DNA from: the human T2T-CHM13v2.0 reference genome, Homo sapiens
DNA length: 64,000 bases
Strand: one strand, 5' to 3'
Assembly: GCF_009914755.1 (NCBI RefSeq)
Contig: NC_060947.1
In this document: positions 27,016-41,290 of the stretch, in pieces
Position numbering within the stretch: the first letter of the stretch is position 1
Layout: each line of letters opens with the position of its first letter
The notes under the pieces: model-generated
Told to the model about the DNA's origin: nothing
What the model saw: the letters and a program-made list of their open reading frames with translations, nothing else
Databases searched by the model: none
Position numbers and translations under genes: made by a program

Positions 27016-28019
27016 ACATTAGGATTACTTTAATTTTAGCATACATCATTCAAGAAATGGATGAAAAAATTACAGCTTTGGCCATCTTTATCTGTATCGG
27101 GAACTTACATTGAATCTGCAGCAATACACATCATTAAATTCCTAAACACAGAGCACAAACAAAAAATGTCAATCTCTATAGATAGTGGCTGAGCCATTTT
27201 TATGATGTAGTTTTAGACCATTCCAAAGCGTTTTTTTTTTTAATTTCAAAAGTTTGACAAAGGATAGCAATTATAATACAATTCTGGTTTTATTTTAGGT
27301 GATTAAAACATCTTACATGTTTTGACAATGCAATTGTTTTGTTTTCTACTTTCATATTTCCTTCTGCAGATATTTTTGTCTCTTATTTAAAGCTACTTGC
27401 TCTTCTAAGAGCAATTAAACCCTAACCATTCTTACCATCACTTTAGGATTTTCTTAGGTTAAATTTATTTCTCATTTGCTAACTACCAGAGTCCTCTTGC
27501 CCTAGTCAAATCTATCACTGTATGCCTCTCATCTCTCCTTCTTCTCATCTAACTCAAGGATCCAGTCCAAACTTCGTATTTTCTGCTTATACCTTCTTAC
27601 CAGTTAACTACTTTGGTTTGTGATCCAATAGATTCATAGTATCCGAAACTTATAGAGAAGAAAAAGAAGTAGCATAACATGCTGACTACCTCACGAATAT
27701 GACTAGAGCTTTCAAGAATAACCACATGATTCTATATATTACATAGTCAGACCAGGAATTAGGAAAATGACCATTGGAGATTCCTAATTCATCTATGCTC
27801 ATCCATTGAAAAAACCATTAGTGGTAACATGTGTCTCTTGAAAGAATTTTTATTCACCTAGATTTTGACTCCAACAGAGCTAATGATAAGACTGTAAAAT
27901 TCTATGTGGCTTTCTAACATCCTCATCATATAAACTAAAACCTTGTCCTCATAGCAGCTCAGGTCCCTTCGATAAAATGGCTATGACAGAGATTGGCTAA
28001 AAGCTCACTAATTCCATTA

Positions 28020-28363
28020 ACTCTTCCTGAAATTCAATCGAGAACAAGTTCTGTGTGATGGGATGTGGTGGAAGTGATATACATAATTTCCAGGCCTGGC
28101 CATAAAACACCATGGATTGACTGACCACATTCTGTCTTCCTTTTCTGCAGTGGCTTTTGGCAGTGTGTTGAAAATGACAAGTGTCACAAAATTGGAAAAG
28201 TCTGGGTTTCCAAGTGACCATGTTGGGGGACAGCTCCTAAGAATGGCTTGTCAACCTCTACTGGACTATGATATAACCAAGAAAGCAGTCTTTATTGTGT
28301 TAAGCTATTGAGATTTCAGAGTTCATTTCTTACTATAGCTTAGCATAGCCTAACCTGACTAAT
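28020..28363 (+). mobile_element. Old MLT1 (J/K-like) MaLR LTR
   Basis: ttccaggcctggccataaa...ttattgtgttaagctattgagatt...tagcctaacctgactaat. Confidence 0.65.
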
Positions 28364-29110
28364 TTGGAAATGGAAGCCATTTCATCCAAGAAAATGATAC
28401 GGTTTCCTTCTTAGATGACATAACCAATTTGAGAATCAGATACTGGTTTAGCAAAAGGCCTTTTCTGTCAGATAAAATATCTATAGAGGGTTTTGATCAA
28501 GTGCCCAATCTGATCAACCTCCTACCATGTTACTTCCCTGCTCAAAATACCCTAAAGCTTAACCATTGTTTAACATTTAAGGGCTTTTCAAACTGACTAG
28601 TAAATACTAAGTTTGAAGGGATTAAACGCATGCAAAGCACTATGCATGCTGCTTGATAAAACATAGTTATTAAGCAATTTTCTTCCTTTTCCTTTTTCTT
28701 TTATCCTGAGGAATTATAGACTACTAAGCAGACAGATATTTGAGGAAATTTCAGAGGAAAGAGAAAGAAGAGAAGAATGAGCTGGGCTGGAGGTAAGAGA
28801 ATGGGGGGAGAAAGTGAGAGTACTCCTTATTCCTCCCCAATCCTGATACCCACTCACCCCCATTTCTTGATCCAGGGCCTCCAAATAAGATATGAAAGAG
28901 TAGACCTGTTACTTTTTCTAGGAAGGAATTAAGCCCGAATGGTTGACTTCATGCAACTACATAAATACGTATACCAATTTTGAAGTGATCTTAAAGATGG
29001 TGCAACAGAAAACCAGCCAACTATATCCAGATTACTAAACAAAATTAACTTTAACATTGACATTAGCTGTCAATTTTCCTCTATTCTCTACCTTGACTCA
29101 AAAGTCTACT

Positions 29111-29397
29111 GGCTAGGCATGCTAACTCATGCCTGTAATCCTAGTGCTTTGGGAGGCCAAGGAAGGAGAATTGCTTGAGGCCAAGAGTTCAAGAACCCAT
29201 CTCTACAGAAAACAAAAATTTTTAAAAAATTAGCCAGGCGTGGTGGTACACGCCTGGCTAGTAGTCCCAGCTACTAGGGAGGCTGAGGCAGGAGGACTGC
29301 TTGAGCCCCAGAGTTCAAGGCTCAGTGAGCTATGATTGTGCCACTGCACTTTAGCCTGGGTGACAGTGAGACTCTGTCTCTAAGAAAATAAATATAC
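29111..29397 (+). mobile_element. AluJ-type SINE with a small left-arm deletion, 140 nt downstream of the exon 53 donor
   Basis: J-like gagctatgattgtgccactgc; TSD AAAGTCTACT at 29101-29110 and 29398-29407. Confidence 0.92.
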
Positions 29398-29536
29398 AAA
29401 GTCTACTGTTCATTTCAGCTTTAACGTGATTTTCTGTTAATAACTTTACATTAAACATCATTAAATTACAATCTATGGTATAATTTTATCAAATGTAACC
29501 AGTATTTTATTTTAAAAAGGTATCTTTGATACTAAC

Positions 29537-29748
29537 CTTGGTTTCTGTGATTTTCTTTTGGATTGCATCTACTGTATAGGGACCCTCCTTCCATGACTCA
29601 AGCTTGGCTCTGGCCTGTCCTAAGACCTGCTCAGCTTCTTCCTTAGCTTCCAGCCATTGTGTTGAATCCTTTAACATTTCATTCAACTGTTGCCTCCGGT
29701 TCTGAAGGTGTTCTTGTACTTCATCCCACTGATTCTGAATTCTTTCAA
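29537..29748 (-). CDS. DMD: Dystrophin exon 53 (212 nt, phase 1 to 0): (I)ERIQNQWDEVQEHLQNRRQQLNEMLKDSTQWLEAKEEAEQVLGQARAKLESWKEGPYTVDAIQKKITETK
   Basis: Acceptor ccttttattctag|TTG, donor AAG|gttagt; open frame; recognised dystrophin peptide. Confidence 0.99.
29689..29713 (-). promoter_or_regulatory. DMD: Exon 53 +36..+60 segment targeted by the exon-skipping morpholinos golodirsen (25-mer) and viltolarsen (21-mer, 29693-29713)
   Basis: Plus strand reads GTTGCCTCCGGTTCTGAAGGTGTTC, matching the drug sequences as I recall them, with no mismatch. Confidence 0.9.
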
Positions 29749-30037
29749 CTAGAATAAAAGGAAAAATAAATATATAGTAGTAAATGCTAGTCTGGAGGAG
29801 ACATTTTAAATGTAACTTCCAAACGTTATCTCACATTTATGTTGCTTATTTAAAAAATTATTCATTGTGTTATGGCTAGGATGATGAACAACAGGATTCT
29901 TTGCTTTTTTGATGGCAAATATTAGTTTCTGTTAAATTATTTTCCTGAAGGTGACATAGAACATCAACATATATATAAAATTTTAACTCAATTCTTGATC
30001 CCTAGAACCAAATATGAATCATCTGTTAGAAAAGCAC

Positions 30038-30509
30038 TACAGCAGAATATCCATATCCCCTCATCCTTGCCACTTCAGCACCCATCAGCCTGATTTCCCA
30101 GTGCCAGCATTTCATTGCCTGAAGGCTTTCTGTTGCCACAGGAGTTTGCTTTGCCATCCATGTGACAGGCTAGACATACCAGGCAACTGATGCCTCCCCT
30201 CCAGCTCCCAGAGGCAGCCTGTATATAATGACTAATTGTAGGAATTGGGATATTGTTACACTAGCTCCCTTGATGCTAGGGGAAATAACTCTGAGGCATG
30301 TATTTTACAAGGGTTCCAGAGTTTCCCAAGGGATAAAGCTCCAGTGACCCACAACAGCAGCTGGCTTGATAATGCACCACTCTTTACTGGCTGCCTTGCC
30401 TCACCTGTCTCATTTTTCCACTCTTCTACTGATTAATTTACCCCCCAAATAAATCACTTGCTCTTAAAACCTTTTCCAAGGGTCTTCTGAGTGAACCCAA
30501 GGGAAGATA
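30038..30509 (+). mobile_element. LTR16-like ERVL solo LTR
   Basis: ataactctgaggcatg...ccagagtttccca...gctccagtgacccaca...cccaaataaatcacttgc. Confidence 0.7.
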
Positions 30510-30528
30510 AGTGTATTAGAAACTTCTT

Positions 30529-30839
<311 letters not shown>

Positions 30840-31399
30840 AACTTCTTTTAACAATACCTAAGAATTCACGCTGGGTGCATTTTGTAAGACTGGCTTATAT
30901 TGAGGCTATCACTGGTATCATTGGAAGTCCAAGAGGGAGGTACTATATAGATTCTACTCTGAAATATGTTCTTTTCAAATATTAAAATAAACAGGACTAC
31001 ATTATTTTTTCTATGCAACTTCTCTAAGCTGGTTTTATGAAATAAAAATAATACAGAAAACAAGTAATAAAACTGCCATCTACTTTATCCCTTAAGCATG
31101 AAACCTGATAGACATTCTAGATTCTTTCCTAAGCGTCACCCAACACCTCATATAATTAGTTACAAATTTCTCTCATATATAACTTCTTTCCTCTTTCTAT
31201 TGGCACTGCAAACCTCTATCATTTTTTGCCCTCACATCCATAAGAGGCTCTATATCATCCTCCCAGACCCAAATCTCTGTTTTAGAATGTAAATTCTACC
31301 CCAATTAAAGATTAAAACTAACATAAATCTGATCACTGCACTCCCTCTTATAAAACCCTTCAATGTTTCCCTACTGTCTTCTGGAATATCTTAGCTGGA

Positions 31400-31864
31400 C
31401 ATACGTGTTCTTCTATGATCTTGCCTAGATAATCTGAGAGGTTTATCTACAAAGCAACAAATCACAAGATAAGCAGGGTATAAGAAACCATCACAGATAA
31501 TACAAGAACCTTGCAACAGTAGAGCTGTTACTACATCTAGGCCCAAGGGATGAGGGGAGGGAAAAGTGGCCAAAAGCAGAGAATTGGAATGAGAAACCAC
31601 CCTGAGAAGAGCAATAACCTTTTGTCAAAGGACATAGTCAGCCTGTGGCAACCTCAAAGGGAGGGAATTAGGAGAATAAATATCTTGACCTCACTTTACC
31701 TCCTGTCTTCAATTTCCTTCTAGGGCTCTTGGGTGCCTAAACCAACTGGAAGCCAAAGGGCATGGGAGCCCAATGATGACAGAGGTCAGCCTCCCAGAAT
31801 AAAGAGCAAGGGAGAGAAGGTCAAAGAATGGCTACAGATGGACAAACAAAATGTATATGGCACA
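31400..31864 (-). mobile_element. LTR33-like ERVL LTR
   Basis: aaccaactggaagccaaagggcatgggagccc...ggtcagcctcccag...ggcaca, antisense of the LTR33 5' part. Confidence 0.55.
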
Positions 31865-31975
31865 GGAATATAAAACTATGCTTCTTATTTTGTTATGTAA
31901 GTAAAGTCCTTTTTAATTAACCCTGTTGCCTCCACAAAGTTATGTGAAGTTATAAGTTAAAGAAATACTTGAGAT

Positions 31976-32316
<341 letters not shown>

Positions 32317-33399
32317 CTAGTGATTGTAACATGAAATCAAAAATATAGTCCCCAGAATAATTAAAACTCAGTAAGTGGCACACATTATAGACTACTGTTT
32401 TTTTATCAGGTTTATTTCTGTTTGGGTGTTTGCTATGTATTGCAAAACTAGTCGACATATTATATTGCAACTTCAGTTAACATGTCAACCTCTGTTTAAC
32501 CGTAAGTCTCTCTCTAATCTTTGAACGCCATTGTTTTGTGTGTCTCATTGTTGTTGTTCCACTAGGTAGTGGAACAGCTTTCGTAGTTGAGGCCTTGTAA
32601 TTGTTTAGTCTTCTAATTAATCTTTGGTTTATAAAATAAATGGTGTAAATGCTCTTATAAGAAAGCTGTATAAAGTGTAAATGAAAATGTCTTTAAGTGT
32701 TCTGAAATATTCTGTGGATATTCCAATTACAAACCCTTTTTCAACTTATCATAGCAGGCTACTTTAGTACACATACTTGGGACTTTTTCTCATATCCTAC
32801 TGTTATGTACCATGTGTATTTGAAAATAATACAGTTGACATTCCTTAAAAATAGTCTCTGATTCCAATTTGCCTTCGCTTTCGTTAGTCTTAATTACTAA
32901 CATTTTACTATGCTAGCAATATTTTTTAGAATGCCTAGTGGTTTTCACATAAACATAGCAAGCTCTTTTGATTCATGCCAGTAAATATTTTGTACATCCT
33001 ACAGTTCATTTCAATAGGGAAAACAGTCTATATTTTTAAAAGGCCATCTCTAGATATTAGGAAAAGATAAAGCAGTTCTTCCTATTATGTAGGAAGATAA
33101 TTTTAATCCTGGAAAAAGAAGGAAACTTTTATAACCTGAACCATTATTTCAGGCAAACATGGGATTTGAATGCTTGCTCAATAATAGAAGGCTTTCAGCA
33201 AAAAAGTGGTCATATGTGTGTTATGTAGCAAGTTAAAATGGCTCCTTGGGGTGTGCATCCCACTGAGGGTATGCTTTTTCACCCTTGACCTTCAACTGTA
33301 CATTATCATAATTTATTAGTTAATTAAAAATATTTATAGGCTAGAGACTCACTCAATAATCCATCTATCCCTCTGTGCATCCCCACACATCCATCCATG

Positions 33400-34480
33400 T
33401 AGCCAGCTAGTCTCTATTTTATTTACCATCTGTTAGACACCAGCCATTATGATAAGAACTTGGAAAACAAAAGGGTTTAAGACAGATTACCTGGCTTCTG
33501 GTTTAGGTGCCTGTTAGATAGTGGTGCTATTCACTGCCTATCCGAAGAATGCAGAGTGAGCATGGAGAAGATAATGAGTTCAGTTTTGGACCTATTCACT
33601 GGGAGGTTGTGAGGAACACACACATAAAACTAACATTTTAGTCAGGAGGACTGAAGGATCTATAGCATAGCTGTGTATTTTGGGAGAGACAGAAATCTGG
33701 GATTGGCCGTCACTACAGAGAAATAAAAAGCAAAGCCTCAAATGCAAGTGCATTCTCATTTATATGGCACATAGACTGAGCCCAACACCGGGCTGGGAAT
33801 GGACTCCTGGAAAATACAACGTAAAAAGAATAAATAAAACACAAAGAGCAAATAAGATGAATGAAAGACTAGAGAAGGAGGAGGAATATCAAGAAAGTGT
33901 ACTTTTATAGAACATGGAAAAGAAAGATTTTCAAAAACACAAGAGTGATTAACACTTTCAAATCTCATAGATGTCACAAGACATAATAAAAATCATAACT
34001 AACATTTATTTGAATATCTACACTGTCTGAAGCTCTGTGTTGTTCTTTCCTTGCATTAATCACTTAATCATCATACAATCCTATAAGTATAATTGTTTAC
34101 GTTCTTTTTCTATTGCTGCAATTATCCTCATTTAACAAATGAGGAAATAAAGACAGCGTTAAATAACTGGTCTAAGGTCACATAGATAGTGATTGTTAGA
34201 GCCGACACTTGGATTCAAGAAGTTAGACCTCCAAAGCCCATGCCAAAAGTATCCATTGGCTTTGGCCACATGGAATTCCCTGAAGACCATACACAAAATG
34301 ATTTCAGTGCAGTGGTAGAAATCTTACTGTAGGAGATTAAAAAATACCTATGAAAAAGTAAGGACAGTAAATTGTAGACTATCCAACCATAGATCATTAT
34401 AAGAAGGAAGTCAGAGGGGAGTTTGGTGTCAAGAGAAGTTTTTTCCCAAATATGGAAAACTTGAGTATGAATATAGGTAT
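33400..34480 (-). mobile_element. Fragmented L2 with a nested antisense MIR (about 33990-34250)
   Basis: gataatgagttcagttttggac (L2); atgaggaaa...aaggtcacatagatagt (MIR). Confidence 0.6.
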
Positions 34481-34659
34481 TGATTGGGGAAAATGGTCAA
34501 AAGACAAAGATGATGCCAGATGGAAGAAAAGTCCCTGAGAAGGTGCGTGTATTGAACATTAACTAACTACCTCCTTCTCCTGTGTTTCCCCTGTTATTTT
34601 TCCATTTGTGCAGTTTTCCCACAATAGACCTCTCTTTGCTCTGTGGATGGTGTGTACTT

Positions 34660-35081
34660 AGTTTTAACTCATCTCCCTGGCTTTAGTGGTTAATTCAAAG
34701 ATGGACTTATGGTTCCAAGTAAGGTCAATCAGAACCAATGAAACAACTCTAGGATTTTTGTTGTTGTTGTTGTTGTTCGTGATTCTAAAAGAGAAAACCC
34801 ATTGCTTCTTGTTTAAGATGGATGAGAAAGCACGTAGTTCTGCAGTATCCTGATATCCATCTTAGAACAATTAAGAGGAATTAAACGGAACAAATACTGG
34901 GGAGCAGAGCCATGCAATGGAGAAGGAAAACTAGAATCTGGTCATGCTATTTAATTCCTGAATCAAGCCTCGTCTATCTTTCAACTGTTTAATGACACTG
35001 ATCAATACATTTTGTCTGAGTAAGTCTAAGCTACTTTGAAATGGATTTTCCATTACTACAATGTACAAGTTCTAACTTATA
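34660..35081 (+). mobile_element. MLT1K/L-like LTR
   Basis: gtcaatcaga...gagcagagcc...cctgaatcaagcc...ttctaacttata. Confidence 0.5.
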
Positions 35082-35773
35082 GAGAGAGACAAACTCTTTT
35101 GATGTAAACAAAGGTCTCCTAGGAATTGTACAAGAATCATGGGAATTGTACATGGGAATAGCTTTCAAATACAAAAGTTTAAAAGAGGACTTTGATCCTG
35201 CTTAAAGTAGCTTTAACTAGGGTATCTAGATAAATACACTGAATGCTTATATCACCTTGGAGGAGTTCCTACATAAAAAATTTCCAAAGCCCATAGAACC
35301 AAAACTTACCAAAAATGTTATGGCATTTAGACAACATTATTCTGTGAGCCTTATGGGTAGGAAGGGATTTTTGCCACCAATGTTTACCTCTTTCTATTCA
35401 ATTTCTTTATATTATGAATACATAAATGAAAATGACACTCAAAAAGAGAGACATCTGGGGACAAAATTATCCCAGGACATTCACATATAGGGTGGCCACG
35501 CCTGGTTACATCCATGGTTTAAAATAATTCTACTCTTTTTCCCTTTTAAGTAGATCTTTGATAACGGAACACCCACTCAAATGTCATCATCACATATAAA
35601 GACTTCCCCTGCTCTCATATGTGCAGTCATTTTCTCTCACCGTGGTTCTCCCATAACACTTTGTTAAGATTTTAAAACTTGTACTGTGTGCTACTATGAT
35701 TTACATTTTTACATTTTACATTTCTGTCTCTGACTCTAGACAGTGTCCTTGCCTCAAAGGCAAGGACAGAATC

Positions 35774-36258
35774 TGTAGAAGATGCTGTCAGGGCCCATCT
35801 ATCTGCCGTTGGCACTCATCCTTCAAGTATATGCCAGCAGTGTCCTAGTACAAGCATTTGCCCTACTGCAAACCTGAGAGATTTTCCTCAGCTTGCTAGG
35901 TGCGCTGGCCAGAAGTGCTGGAAAGTTTATGTACCAGGAAGCATTTAGCCAATGATGGATAAGAGTTGGAATAGTTAGCCCTGGTTCCTTGCCTTTACCC
36001 CCTTGTGGTTGACAACTTTGAGGCATGTTTTTTGTTTGTTTGTTTGTTTACTATCTCCCAGAGCTCCTTCATCAGGATCAAACCCCAGTGGCCCAAAGCA
36101 ATAACTAGTTCCATAACTGGCTTAATTATTGGCTTCTTTCATTTATTATCTCATTGTCCCACTCTCCTACTGGTACTTCCTGGGATCACATTACAACCAA
36201 ACCACTTTCACCATTAATCATTGTTTAAAGGTCTGTTTCTGAAAGAAGCTAGCCTAAG
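35774..36258 (+). mobile_element. LTR16-like ERVL solo LTR
   Basis: TGtagaagatgctgtc...ggccagaagtgctgg...tagccaatga...cttcctgggatcac...ggtctgtttctg. Confidence 0.7.
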
Positions 36259-36949
36259 TTAGTATTTTATCCATTTAAAAAAATCCTTCTCTGGCAAAGC
36301 GGAAGAAGCTAGAAAATAAAAATAAAGTAAAAAGTAAAAATTAAAAACATCCTTAGTGCACAAACTAGTGTTTGGCATTTGGAATACCTTCAATAAATGT
36401 CTGTCAAATGAGTTGTACATGTAGATTATTTCCATTATCCCCACTTTCTCTTTATAATGATATAAAAATGCCATTTCTAAAGTTAACCTTTGCCCAGCAT
36501 CTTCAGTCTTTCTTCTTAAGTAACCACTATTTGTTTGTTGCATTTCAAGTTTTCATAATTTGAAAATGGACTCAAGACTTTCCCATTTCCTTCCTTATTT
36601 TCCTCTTATGCTTATGCTAATGATCTCTATTCCAGGCGAACAAATGTCCTCTGAATTTCCTTTGTTTCTTATTTAATGCCTTTGTATCAACCACATTCAT
36701 TTGTATAAAACATCTTTAATGTCATGTTTACTAGTAGAATATCTGTGCCTTATATAAAATCCATAAATTAAAAGATATGGGAGGGTCAAATAATTCAGTA
36801 AGCCAAAACTAATCAATGACCTCTCTTTCCCTAACTTTCTTAAAATAACTATAGGTTAGAGAGAATCTGTTGGCATATCCTATTGCCTGTGTCTATCTTC
36901 TTAATCAAATTACAGATAAATAATTTAGAAACGTCCCTCTATATATTGA

Positions 36950-37889
36950 AGCCAGTGGATTAGGGTCTCCCACATGACCTAGGGAGACACCAGCTGGCAT
37001 GGCTAAGGGAGTGGTTGCACCATACCTCCCCTACTCCCAGCAGTGAAGCTTGCAGCAACAGAAGTGACTCCTTACTTCTCGTTAAGGAGAAGAGAGCGAA
37101 AAGTAAAGAAGACTTTGTCTTGCATCTTGGATACCAGCTCAGCCACAGTAGGATGGGGCATGGGCAGAGTCATGAGGCCCCCATTCCAGGCCCTAGTTCC
37201 TGGATAGCATTTCTAGACACACCCTGGGCCAAAAGGGAATCTGCTACCTTAAAGGGAAGGACTCAGTCCTATCAGGATTCATCAGCTACTAACTAAAGAG
37301 GCCTTGAACGTTGAATAACCAGTTGCAATACCCAGGGAGTACACTGTGGGACTTGGCCTCTGAGATGTGCTGGCTTCATAGGTCACCCAGCAAATTCCCA
37401 GCTGTGGTGGTTATGGTGAAAGACCCCTTCTGTTTGAGAAAAGTAGACAGAAAAGTAAAGGGGACTTTGTCTTGCCCCTTAGGTACCAGCTCAGCCACAG
37501 AAAGGCAGAGAAGCAGGCAGGCTTCTGGGATTTCTGAGTCCTGGCCTAGGTTCTTGGACAGCATTTTTGGTCCTGCCTTGGGCCAGAGGGGAGCCCAAGG
37601 CCCTAAAATATGGGTCCCAGTTCTCTCAGCATTCACCACAAGCTGATGGAAGAGCCCTTGGGCTTTAAGTGAACACCAGTGGAGGCCAAGCAGAACCCTC
37701 ATGGTGGTGAGGGCCACAGGGAGAGGATCCTCTGCCTTTTAAAAGGGCAAGGAAGAGCAGGGAGCACTTTATATTGTGGTGTGAGTGCTAGCTTAGCCAC
37801 AATAGAATAGAACATGAGGTAAACTGCTAAGGTTTTTGACTCCAATGACTGGCCCTCAGACAGCATCTCTGGATATGCCCGGGGCCTAA
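36950..37889 (+). mobile_element. Old L1 (L1MA1-3/L1M1-type) 5'UTR with three diverged monomers of about 300-350 bp
   Basis: aaaagtaaa..gactttgtcttgc...taccagctcagccacag repeated near 37100 and 37450, degenerate copy near 37760. Confidence 0.75.
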
Positions 37890-38220
37890 GATTTCCACCG
37901 AAAAATCTGCTGCCAGATGTATTGAAGCTCCACTGCATGTTATTTGTTTCCTTTCTCTTGCTGCTTTTAGGATTCTTTCTTTATCCTTGACCTGTGGGAG
38001 TTTGATTATTGCATGCCTTGAGGTAGTCTCTGAGATAATTCTGCTTGGTGTTCTATAACTTTGTCGTACTTGAATGTTGGTATCTTTCTCTGTTTCTGAA
38101 GTTCTCTGATATTGTCCCTTTGTATCAACTTTCTATCCCTATCTCTTTCTCTACCTCCTGTTTAAGGCCAATAACTCTTAGATTGACCCTTTTGAGGCTA
38201 TTTTCTGGATCTTGTAGGCA
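37890..38220 (-). mobile_element. Inverted L1MA-type ORF1 fragment
   Basis: Reverse complement reads tgcctacaagatccagaaaatagcctcaaaagggtcaatctaagagttattggcc, continuing the plus-strand ORF1 piece at 38221-38303. Confidence 0.75.
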
Positions 38221-38283
38221 GACAGCCTATTTGAAAATACACAGCCAGAGAAGACAAAAGAAAAAAATAATAAGAAACAATGA

Positions 38284-41290
<3,007 letters not shown>

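Noticed and set aside
35121-35160. Short local duplications (GGAATTGTACA twice; similar cases near 1310, 35700 and 42905)
   Set aside because: Ordinary slippage-scale duplications
36950-37889. Three repeated units as a CRISPR-like or novel array
   Set aside because: Diverged monomers of an old L1 5'UTR, with no short repeat plus unique spacer architecture
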